In this document: positions 53,841-64,000 of the stretch, one piece after another
Layout: every line of letters starts with the position of its first letter
Numbering within the stretch: the first letter of the stretch is position 1
Assembly: GCF_030144855.1 (NCBI RefSeq)
Contig: NC_082728.1
Coordinates: forward strand, 29,822,001 to 29,886,000
Direction: 5' to 3'
From: Hypanus sabinus
Taxonomy: Eukaryota
Length of the DNA stretch: 64,000 nucleotides
Position numbers and translations under genes: made by a program
Notes under the pieces: generated by a model
Told to the model about the DNA's origin: nothing
The model's input: the letters and a program-made list of their open reading frames with translations, nothing else
The model's database searches: none

Positions 53841-54375
53841 AAAGGTCCCACTGTTCTAGTTCTGCATTTTACCTTTGGTAGAGCACATTGTAATACTGAA
53901 GATACAACACCTGTCTGCCTGAACTGTTGGCTTTTGGTGATTATGCAGACCAAAGTTGGTGAAAACCAGACACTCCCTGCTTTCACCAACATTCTGCCTT
54001 CCAGCAAGCTAGTATCCTTTTACCCTCTCCACAAATTTTGATGGAGAAAAAGTATCTTTGACCTGAAGTGCTGTCATTTCTCACCCATGTATGCTTAAGC
54101 TTAAAGTTCTTGCAACATTTTTATTAACAACAAATGCTTAATATTTGTTACGCTTTACTTTTGCAGGAATTAAATAACCTACTTGGCACACATACAATAC
54201 AGCTCAAGTAGAATTCTAAGGAAATAAATTAGTTTTAAAAATTCAAACCAATTTCTGAGTGTGGCTCAACTCAATTAAATGCAATGAATAAAATCCAAGT
54301 TTAAATAAAATCATTAACTCAAGGGCTTGGTTTCATAATTTTGTGTATAAGAATTCAATTATGTTTACAAAATGC

Positions 54376-54381
54376 TTTATT
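54376..54381 (-). terminator. Candidate SRSF2 polyadenylation signal
   Basis: AATAAA on the minus strand about 600 nt into the terminal exon; another at 54120-54125. Confidence 0.5.
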
Positions 54382-54769
54382 GGAGCAGAGGCTTAACCCT
54401 TTTAACTGTTCTGAAAATATATCTTAAAAACCGGAATCCAAAACCTTTGTAATTGTATTATAATGGAATGATTTTAACTACTTAATTTTAAAAATTGAGA
54501 TCCATAACAGCACCAAGCAATTATTTGTATTCACTACATTAAGTCCCATGATTCCCAGTCATTGAATGCAGCATCAAGTCATAAATGTAGAATAATTAAC
54601 ATCGACGAAAAAACCTTTAATGACATTACTGAAATACAGGATTTTATACTGAAGCAAACTGTTAATTACAATTGAGTTCAAAATTAACAGCTTTCTAAAC
54701 AACATTTTAATATGTAAAAGTATAAACCAATTACCAAGTATAAAATCAAGGTAGCTAAAGGTGCTTACT

Positions 54770-55010
54770 GCCTGCTCCATAATTTACACGCAGCCAGGTC
54801 TCTGGAGGTGCAGCTGACAGGCATTTTACTGGACAGCCATATTTTCTGCACGTCAAGGCATCATTACAGGAGCAATCAGGAGAATACAGGACACAGCCAA
54901 GCACTCTGCACTGCACTGCAACACGCCACCTTACAGCTAACCCGCTTTACAGAACTGCTACACAACTGCGCCTAGTGCACAAAAATACATGAGACAATAA
55001 GATTAGTATT
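54770..55010 (-). promoter_or_regulatory. SRSF2: Conserved SRSF2 terminal-intron acceptor and terminal-exon element (autoregulatory splicing region)
   Basis: Minus strand reads TGTATTTTTGTGCACTAG|GCGCAGTTGTGTAGCAGTT...GGTGGCGTGTTGCAGTGCAG...GAGTGCTTGGCTGT, which I recognise from the mammalian SRSF2 3'UTR; acceptor AG at 54973-54972. Confidence 0.85.
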
Positions 55011-55297
55011 GGACTGAAATAAAAAAAAGATGGAAAAAAGACATAAGCAAATTGAAATTTAAAAGATAATTACTTGTGTACAGGAAGAAACATTACAAAA
55101 CCTGGAAATACATTCCATGCTTTTTACCTTATGTACGTATCCAACCAAAATGCATCTGAAGTCGAGCATTTCACTAAATTGTAAGAAGTAATAGCAACAC
55201 AGATGGCACATAACATATAAAAGCCTTCTCAGACACTAATTTTAATTCATAACTTAAAACTGACGAAACCTGTTATAAACAATTATGTTATAATGAC

Positions 55298-55409
55298 CTT
55301 TTAAACTCATCACTGCTTATTTAAGAAGGTCTCTCCATCACCTATGCAGATGGCAAGAGATGGTATTTCTTGCAAGGCATCATGTAATTCTTCCAGGCAC
55401 CCAGAATAT
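55298..55409 (-). other. SRSF2: SRSF2 non-coding 3'UTR exon segment upstream of the optionally retained terminal intron
   Basis: Strong acceptor ttttcacttctctttattctag|AT at 55410; ends at weak donor AAAAG|GTCATT, resembling the mammalian terminal-intron donor as I recall it. Confidence 0.75.
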
Positions 55410-56156
55410 CTAGAATAAAGAGAAGTGAAAATGTAAACATTGAAAAAAATGTTCATTAAAGCTATAAAATAACACTCAGTTATACAACTGACAAAGGCCT
55501 ATTTTCCTCCTCACCTCAATAATTTTAATACAATTTCAAGAAAACTATTCATTAAACTGGAATTAAGGTGGGGTATCTTCTACATTAAGGTTACATAGTA
55601 CCAGAAGAATAAAAGTACTAACAGAAAAATTGACAATTATGAACTGACAATTTTTACTGCACACTGAATATATATGGGTACCCTAGAACAGGGAAAAATG
55701 TAAACAGTACCAAAAATTACACTTTTTGCAGAAGCTTAATGACATACGCATTAAAACAGCATTTGTTTGTGTGAATCAAATTTTACTAAAAACTCCATTT
55801 CCAAAAATAATGCAATTTAATGACAATCCAAAAAAATTCTTTGGAATTGCATTTTCGATTTAAGGAAATGTACAGAATGAGATGAGTCAGGTTAATGTTT
55901 TCTCATTGAAAGTGCCGCATATTACTCCTGAGGCTTAAGTATATCAGATATAGTCTCAAATTTGAATAGCAACTTCAATATTTGCTGTATTTCTGCAATA
56001 CAGCAAACGAATGTTTCATTCAGCATATTTTAATGTAAAATGTCAAAAAAAAAACCAAAGTTTAAGGCATTATCTTAGAAAGCCTCAATCGCATATCGCT
56101 TTCAACCAAACTGAATTCAAAAGTCATTTAAATTGAGATTCCTAGTTACTTTGGAG

Positions 56157-56237
56157 CAGGGGTTCCCAACCTGGGGTCAATAGATCCCTCAATTAATGGT
56201 AGGGGTCCATGGCATAAAAATAGGTTGGGAACCCCTA
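56157..56237. mobile_element. 81-bp hAT (Charlie-like) MITE
   Basis: TIRs CAGGGGTTCCCAACCT / AGGTTGGGAACCCCTA; imperfect 8-bp TSD CTTTGGAG / CTTTCAAG. Confidence 0.85.
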
Positions 56238-56469
56238 CTTTCAAGTAAGTAAATCTCAGGCGGCAGTCATTATTTAAATAGTTCAAATGCGCAGTCATTA
56301 TTTATTTAAATAGTGCTTATTTCAATGCTAACTGGAATAATTTAATTTACCAATAACTACCATAACATTATATGATCAATTCAAGACTTGAATGTACCTA
56401 ACAATTTGACATAATACTCACCATTGGACCACACAGGTACATCCGCCAAATCTCATTACCTGTCATTGC

Positions 56470-56830
56470 GCTCTATATTCATCCTTTCCACAACCAGCAT
56501 ACTGCCAGAGCAGTGCAAATAAGCTTCAGTACGTAGTACAACTCACCAAGCTTACCTCAACTGTACCAACGGCCACAACACCTCGACCACCCCGCAGAAT
56601 AACAGCAAAAATCACTGAAACATCACCTCCAAGATCCCCCAGCCTCACCAGATTCCTGATTTGGAACATAAATCGCTGCTACTTCATTATCAGTTGATCA
56701 AAACCCAGATCTAGCAAGACTGGAGTATTAAAACAAAGACTGCAGTTGTTGAAAGCAGTCTACAACCACATACTCATGACAACTAGGAATACATAGCAAA
56801 TTGCTGACCCTGCTGACATGACTAATATTA
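56470..56830 (+). mobile_element. Old CR1-clade LINE 3' end of a different subfamily
   Basis: Degenerate 3'UTR/tail (cctgatttggaacataaatcgctg...aactaggaatacatagcaaattgctgacc). Confidence 0.5.
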
Positions 56831-59800
56831 CAAAATATTAAAATGTTAAACATCAGGGACCAAAGATTTTATGTCATGTACTTTGATGGCTTTGAATCCA
56901 ATTGGGAAACATTAGTTGGTAAGGGAGTAGGACAAGTTTCATTAATATGCTAATGGAATTTTGAATGCTGTGAAAATGAAAAATGAAGTTAATTCTAACA
57001 TCTTACTAAAACTAGTTTTGCAAACAAGTACAAAAATTAAGGCTGCTGCAAAAAGCAACTTCAGTTTCCATAGCATTTGATAGTTTTCTACTTCCTGTAT
57101 ACTGTTTCCTTAACTGCAATTTCCTTTAAAAACATGAAATTTTTTTAAAAGTCCTGTGTAACAGCAAAAATTCACCATAGCTTTACTTCCAAAGAGGAAT
57201 CTAACAGGAATTAGATAAATATACTCTAACCAAAGATTAGATATTGGATTATCAGCTTTATAGTTTAGTGGCCAAGGATAAAATTAAACTATGCAAATTA
57301 CTGTTGAAAATGTAGAACAAATGCAGTACAGCATTTCATGAAGTCCTAAATATAGTGTCACTAAACTGCTAGGCAAAAGCAATCTGCTTTCAGAGTAGTG
57401 TTAGTATTGTGTGTGATAGTTTGAAGATGCTCACTGCTGGATTGATTTAAGTTTTTAGATGGGGAATAGAAACCAGTGAATGTAAGAAAAATCAGGCATT
57501 GGGAGAGCAATGGGTAAACAGAAGGGTGCAGTCTATCAGGAAAGAAATTAACAAGGAGGAAATGAGAGGATAAGACATCATGCAGACAGAAGGGATTAGT
57601 CTATGCGGACATTTAATTCCTTTAATTAGTTCAGCACAACTTAAGGGCCTGTTCCTGTGCTGTATTGTTCCATGTCTGAAGCATCAAAATCTATCACCCA
57701 ATTGTCAGTGTGAACATGGTACTGCACAACTGGAACAGCATGCAATGGAAGCGTTTTTGAAAACTGAATTACCAGAACCACAGTCACAAATTTCTTCAGT
57801 CAGCTCAGTGCCCTAAAAAAAAACACTGTCCCCCCCCTCCACCAAAAGTAATTATTCCCAAAAAAAATATAAACCACAGTATCTATATGCTCTCCCATTC
57901 AAGATTATGTCCAATTTGGTACTTGACCATCAATTTAATTCCTCTGGCAATCCCAAGATTCCTGACTCATCAGTTGTCTGGAACTCTCAATGTGCTATAT
58001 ATACCTTTTGATATTTTGCATATTTAAAAAATTTGAATTTTCAAGACTTAGGCAGAAGTATCAAATTACGTACTTCCTTTTATCTATCTGAACACAGGTA
58101 TGCAAAAGGAAAAGGGATGAAACACCAGTTAAGATACAGTAAATCAAGGAAGGTGAATTCAATGATGCATAGTGATATTCTCAGTGGATCCTACCTCATT
58201 ATCACCATTTATTATTTCGTGGGTATTTATACCATTACAATTAATTTAACAGGGTGCATATAAAATTTCATGAGTTGCCCAGAGCAATGAGTGGGTAAAA
58301 AATATATAGGTGAAATCATGATCACAAAAGAATTTTATTCTACAAATGTTTCAGTAAAGTCATCTATTATATTAGCACTCATTTATGAATGTTTCATATG
58401 AATTTTGCACATTAAGTGTATGACTTTAGTGGAATTAATTCTTGTGGTTGGAAACTAATTTGAATAATTATATTTGCTGTCACTGATCTCCAGGCTACAA
58501 CATAATGATAGTGCAGAAGTTTTTTTTTGTTTAAATTAGAAGAGGTGCAGAGGTAACAGAGGTCTAGTTTACATTCTAACAACTCCTCTTAAGCTGAGAC
58601 ATTACTACTGTTTTAGGTTCCGTTCAATGGCTTTCCAATGCAATTATCGTGACGCTTTCTTTTCTGAATCACATTTATCAGCTGTTACCTACCATTAAAC
58701 TTCAGACAGCAAGGCTCTTCGTAACAATCATTTTGGGAGCAGAACTGGACTGCAACAGGGCTCACGAGCCCTCCAAAGGCTAAAGCCCTTCTGCAGCTAT
58801 TGTTACAAAAACTTTACAGGATTTGAAAAATTAAAAGTTAAACCCACTACAGAACAATGTATTCATGCAATGTAATCTTAAAGTGGCTGTACTATATTAT
58901 TGCAACCAGAGGTAACTGAATAATGAGGCTGCTTTAAACATATTGCAGTCTTTAATAAAATGGATACAAGATATTTGCAAGTACACCTTGGAAGAAATTA
59001 TAAATAAATTACTGGATACAATACTTCAGGCCCACATTGTTTTCTCAATATCTACATCATTACCTTTATGAAAGAAATATCTATTTTCTATTTCTGCTGC
59101 TTTTGTTCAAACATGAAAGATAAATTAAGGTGAGACCCAAATTAGAAGAGGTAGCTCCTTGGGATCATGACTGTTCTATAATTTTGACTGTTCGGTCATG
59201 CAGCTCAGACAGTACCAAACACAGTTGATGCAAGTGTAAATTGCTACTAGATGTTGTTTACTTCATGGTAAGATCTCAGGGGAAATCCCTTTTCTTTTTC
59301 CACTGATTCAGGAGGGAGTTTGAAAGAAAGGGTAACCAACAGTATTAAGTTGGAGATTTCAGATGGGCTTGACATCGTGCAAATTTCTCAGCCGATATCT
59401 CCAGTCTCTAAAGTGACAATTTTTGCTCTAGGCTGCCATCAGAAGAAGTCACTAAATAATAAGTGATCAAGTACATAAGTACTTGGGTCAGCAGAATTAT
59501 TTAATAATTTTCCATACTGAATAGATACTCGGGATAACAAGGAGACCAGCTGCTATTAAGTGAAGACACAGTGAAAGATGACAAGTGATGGTTTCGATCG
59601 TAAATTATATCAGTGATGGAAAATCTTTCTTAATAACTTAACTTCCACTGCATCTGTTAGAAAGTTTATCAAGAATGTTCTCTATTTATTACACAATAGT
59701 TCAATGCCAATCACCTAGATGTGTTTGATGATAGCTCTACATTCTTCCTAAAGTTACTCAATAAAAAGCTTATTTATATCTGATCTTAAATCAGTTAAAT

Positions 59801-59831
59801 CTACTTACTCACTTTGGTGCAATTTACCACT

Positions 59832-60108
59832 TTACGGAGATTCAATTCCATCTTTCTGTGGAGAAGTTGAATTAATTGGTGTCTTAGATCTGGATTTTGA
59901 CTTTGATCCTTGAGACATCCGTGATATACTTCTAGATCGTGACCTGGACCTTGATCTCGACTTCGACCTCGATCTTTTAACAGATCTAGACTTGGAACGA
60001 GATCTAGATCGAGAAAATGAACGTGATCTGGACCTGCTGTAACGAGATCTTGATCTACTTCGGCTTTTACTTCTGGATCTTGTACGAGATCGGCGGCGTC
60101 TTCTAGGA
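59832..60108 (-). CDS. SRSF2: SRSF2 coding exon 2, RS domain
   Basis: ttctag|T acceptor; [29 protein letters not shown]...; TAA at 59834-59832; total 209 aa. Confidence 0.97.
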
Positions 60109-60909
60109 CTAGAAACAAAGGATGAAGTGATGAAAATGGGCAGAAGCGAGGGAAAATCAAGTACTAAATTGTGATGAATAGACAAAGCTGTTGCTAATTT
60201 CCTATTACACAAAAAAATAAACTCTTTATTTCATGAACTTGTTCATCTGAATAATTTATCTGCACATGAAGCAAAACCAAGGTATTGGCAGAATACCTAT
60301 CCATAGCCTAACCAATGGAGTCAGACAGCAATACAGCACAGTACAGGTCCTTCAACCCAGTAAGTCAATGCTGACTAGAATGAGTTTTATCCAAAACTCC
60401 ATACACACACTTCCCAATTCCATTTATTACAATTATTAATCTTTTTCTAACAAACTACAAGTTTATTTTGCATATGATCAACAAGATCTCCACTTCCACT
60501 GAAATTTTTTAGTCATTGATCTCATTGTTTGAATACAATTTAATAATGAAAATAAAAACTCTGGGCATTGCAAGGATATGAAACACAAAGTAATTTATCA
60601 TCTTCATAAAAATATAGCTTGCCTAGATTAACAGGAGCTTCTAGTGGTAGGAAGCACACTCCTCCTCCAAACTCAATGAATATAAGGATCAATACAAGTG
60701 AACCAAGATAGAAACATCAATCCACCAGAAATGAAACTTCCAACTAACATTGTACAACGGATTAAGGAAATAAAAATGAAAATTGAATGGATACTTTCCG
60801 ATTAAAATTAACCTTCCTCTAGTCCCAACAAAGGGCTGTTGCCGCCGGGCGCCACTCCCCCTCCCCCACCCCACACACACAACAAACCGTTTTCCATAAC
60901 CTAACAAAC

Positions 60910-61030
60910 AAGAGAAAATCTGCATTTGCTGGAAATCTAAACAACACGCAAAATGTTAGAGGAACTCAGCAGGTCAGGCAGCATCTATGGAAAAGTGTAC
61001 TATCGACTTTTCGGGCCGAGACCCTTCATC
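60910..61030 (-). mobile_element. Penelope pseudo-LTR fragment with truncated hammerhead-like motif
   Basis: Homologous to one arm of 11340-11589; minus strand GATGAAGGGTCTCGGCCCGAAAAGTCGATAG. Confidence 0.8.
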
Positions 61031-61439
61031 TTTCTACTAAATTCTTGATTACCGAGAAAACTTTTATCCAAGTACACAATACTTGAATAACTCATAGTAT
61101 TAGTTAAGCTACAACATGAACAGCATTGCAGCCAGACTCGAAGAGTACATACTTATCATGAAAAATGAAACAAAATATTGAATATCAATGTCTAAAGAGA
61201 GGCGCCTTTGATAACATTGCCTCCCTCGTAACGGCGTCTATTTGATGGCATAACTGAAAAAAAAGGAAAACAAATCTCACAGAAATCCTTTGCAAACACT
61301 GAGAACTGCAGGTTTGGTACTGGCTTGAAGAAACTCCCCATTATCTCTTCAGAACTACCAGAAATAAAAAAAAATTGTTCAACCATGTACTGCTGACTCT
61401 ATTTTATAAAATCCTGAAAATACCCGTGGGGTGAACACC

Positions 61440-61710
61440 TTACAGGCCGTTCAGCCCACAATGTCGTGCCGACCATGTAACCTACTCTAGAAACTGGTGT
61501 TTCCCCAAGAATGGAACTCATTGCCTCTGGCGGCTGTGGAGGCCAATGTAATGGATATAGTTAAACGTTGATCGGCTCAATGATTAGTGAGGGCATTAAA
61601 GGTTACTGGGAGAAGGAAAAGGGGTTGAAGGGAAATTATAAATCAGCCACGATGGAATACCGAAAAAAAACGACCCCAATTCTATTCTTTTGACTCCTGA
61701 AGGAATTATG
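61440..61710. mobile_element. Two short CR1 3'-tail fragments in opposite orientation
   Basis: tacaggccgttcagcccacaatgtcgtgccga (minus tail), then tggaactcattgcctctggcggctgtggaggcca (plus). Confidence 0.7.
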
Positions 61711-61827
61711 GGTTTGAATTCGATATAGCTTTTCTTTTGAAATCCCACCTGGAAAACTTCACTCTTTGCAAACATAAAGATAGGGTAACTTTCACTCAGT
61801 AAAACCGGTGCGAGGAGTCCCACCAAC

Positions 61828-62180
61828 CTGCGGCTTCTCCTGCCGTAAGCGCCGGCGTAGCGGCGAGACGACCCCCCCCTGCGGTGCGACTCGGCAGGCC
61901 GGCCGTAGCGGGCCATCTGCACCCTCAGCTCCCTGCCGTCCAGCACGGCGCCGTCCATGGCGTCGATGGCATCCTCGGCGTCGCGCTTGTCGTGGAAGCG
62001 GACGAAGGCGAAGCCGCGGCTCTCACGCGTGAAGCGGTCGCGGGGGATGTAGACGTCGCCGACTTTACCGTACTTCTCGAACACGCGCTTCAGCGTCTCG
62101 GGGGACGTGCGGTACGTCAGGTTGTCCACCTTCAGCGAAGTCATCCCCTCGATGTCCGGCGGCATCCTCCCGTAGCTCAT
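61828..62180 (-). CDS. SRSF2: SRSF2 (SC35) coding exon 1, RRM domain
   Basis: [26 protein letters not shown]...RGFAFVRF...MARYGRP; donor AG|gttggt; 353 bp. Confidence 0.98.
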
Positions 62181-62752
62181 CCTGACTGATATCCGTTCTG
62201 TTTTAAACGGCGAAGTTAGATTCGACGAGACAGCCCGACACGCTGCGACCGCCAGCCCCAGCACAATCGCAAGATGGTGGCGCTTGACCCGGAAGCAGAT
62301 CCCCACCCCCACCCTCACTCCCGCCCTGAAAAGGTAGATGTATGTTTTTATCAACTAAAGCAATCTTTTCGGATACTTTTTTAAAGTTTTCTGCCGTTCC
62401 AAATATTGGAAATAAATAATTAGAACATGAAGCCTCCGGGATCTTGTAGTTTTAATATTACAGTATAACTGTTTTAAAAAAAAAACCCACAAGCCTTAGG
62501 AAAACATTGCAAAATGCCGATATATTATCCTTGTGTTTAAATACGGACAATTAACAAAATGTTACATCCAAGGAGAAACTTGAACGGCTCGAGCCCCTGG
62601 CGCATGCGCACGACGCTTCCGGTCATCTGCTGATCCTGGTCTCTGGGGAAGGTACATCGCTTTTAAAGCAGATCGGCGTTAGAGTGAGGTTTAATTCATT
62701 TTATAGCGTATAAGGACATAAAATCTAACCAGGGATATCCCAGTCTTTAGTC
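62181..62752. promoter_or_regulatory. Bidirectional promoter / 5'UTRs of SRSF2 and MFSD11
   Basis: Divergent ATGs 572 bp apart; NRF1-type GCGCATGCGC 62600-62609; ETS-type CCGGAAG 62289-62295 and CTTCCGG 62616-62622; YY1-like AAGATGG 62271-62277; CpG-rich from about 61800. Confidence 0.8.
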
Positions 62753-62848
62753 ATGACACCAGGAGGATGGAAATTAACGAATGTTATAATTCTGGGATGT
62801 GCTTTTATGTTCGTTTTCACTGCGTTTCAAACTTGCGGTAATATTGAG
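62753..62848 (+). CDS. MFSD11: MFSD11 (UNC93-like MFS protein) first coding exon (MTPGGWKLTNVIILGCAFMFVFTAFQTCGNIE); gene continues beyond the window
   Basis: Translated by hand; FMFxFTAFQTCGN motif; donor GAG|GTGAGT; 96 bp; expected synteny with SRSF2. Confidence 0.93.
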
Positions 62849-63049
62849 GTGAGTGTTTTTGGCTTGGGCGTCAACCTAGGATATTTTTATCAATAAGTAG
62901 CAATTAAGTTTGTAAGGCATTTTGCATTGATGATAGGGACCTTTACTGTAACTTATGTTTATACACCATATCCACTCCCTTTTATGTATATCCCCAAACT
63001 GTTTACAGTACATCTAGTGAAAAGTCAGTACGTAATTGTTCAGAGTGTA

Positions 63050-64000
63050 CCGTGCCTTGTGAATGTGTTCAGTCCCAACACTTTGTTCACATAATTAAGT
63101 GTTACACCCAAGGATTTTGATCAATTTTACTGGAAATTTTAAATTTGTGAATCACGTGCTTTTTCTCTGAGCTCAAAAAGCAGGGAAAATTGTAAAGCAG
63201 GAAAAAGCTAAAGATTCAAAAACTGAAATGTCAGCAGTTTAAAAGTATTCATTCCCATTTGCTCAGTACTTAGTTGAACCACCTCGTGCAGCTATTTCAG
63301 CCTTTTCGGCTAAGCATTAAAGCTTTGCACAACGTGACTGAGCGAACATTGCCCATTCCTCCTTGCGAAATTGCTCAAGCTGTTTCACATTAGCTGGGGA
63401 GTAATGGTGGATAGCAATCTTGAGGTCTTGCCAGAGATGTTTGACTGGGTTAAGGGCAGGTCTCTGACTGGACCACTCAAGGACATCAACTTTCTTCATT
63501 TGAAGCTATTCAGTAGTTGTTCTGGCTGTGTGCTTTGGGTTGTCCTGATGAAAGATGAACTTCCTCCCTATTTTAAGCTTTTTTTAAATCCAGGATCTTG
63601 CTTGTTTAGCAGCATTAATATTCCCATCAATCCTGACCAGATTTCCAGTCCCTGCTTGTGAAAAGCATCCCCATACTTTACAGTAGGGATGGTTTTATCT
63701 GGATGTATTAGATGTACGCCACATGTACCATTAGTGCTGAGGCCAAAAAGTTCTGCTTTAGTTAAATCTGACCACAAGACCTTCCTCCACATCTCTTCAG
63801 AATCTTCTAAGTGACACTTTGCAAAGTCTTTACGGGCATGGATATGCTTTTTCTTTTCAGTCAGGGCTTCTTTCTTGCCACACTTCCATGCATTTTGTGT
63901 GCAAGATTGTGAAGCCATGAAAATCATTTACAGCCACTGACTGCAGCTCACTCAGAGTGACTGCTGGAATCATGGTAGCCTCTCTTATAAGTGCCATTCT
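63050..64000 (-). mobile_element. Tc1-like transposon (third family), runs off the window end
   Basis: WRKVLWSDLTKAELFG, WSSQRPALNPVKHLWQDLK; TA|CCGTGCCTTGTGAATGTGTTCA terminus. Confidence 0.88.

Noticed and set aside
56262-56313. Short tandem duplication gcagtcattatttaaatag
   Set aside because: Ordinary local duplication; no functional evidence.
56415-56465. Strong minus-strand donors ATG|GTGAGT and CAG|GTAATG in SRSF2 intron 2
   Set aside because: They abut an old LINE remnant and no convincing upstream acceptor was found.
59801-60160. 119-aa DLDL-rich overlapping ORF
   Set aside because: Shifted-frame by-product of AGA-TCN repeats in the RS domain.
61596-62354. 252-aa ORF as full-length SRSF2
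   Set aside because: It reads through the 5'UTR and intron 1; the real exon is 62180-61828 by homology and splice sites.
62652-62706. Possible MFSD11 5'UTR intron (AAG|GTACAT...ttttatag|)
   Set aside because: Only 55 nt, below usual vertebrate intron size; unsupported without transcripts.

Overview
Eukaryotic, AT-rich, transposon-dense vertebrate DNA. The repeat complement (CR1, Rex1-like, Penelope-like, V-SINE, Tc1, Gypsy) suggests a cartilaginous fish, probably a ray; this is inference. The window holds the conserved JMJD6(-)/METTL23(+)/SRSF2(-)/MFSD11(+) cluster as two head-to-head pairs on CpG islands. Exons were assembled by hand from GT-AG sites and frame continuity. JMJD6 has 6 coding exons (403 aa), METTL23 has 5 (227 aa), SRSF2 has 2 (209 aa) plus non-coding 3'UTR exons, and only the first coding exon of MFSD11 is present. 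Most other ORFs in the track are decayed TE fragments. The most notable observations are: (1) a deeply conserved SRSF2 3'UTR splicing/NMD autoregulatory module with candidate poison exons; (2) a palindromic Penelope-derived element carrying two degenerate minimal hammerhead-ribozyme motifs; (3) two independent Gypsy copies with the same nested Tc1+CR1 architecture; (4) a METTL23 start upstream of the human-annotated Met; (5) a candidate extra JMJD6 exon. Comparisons with human sequence are from memory and need alignment. TE boundaries are approximate unless TIR/TSD positions are given.
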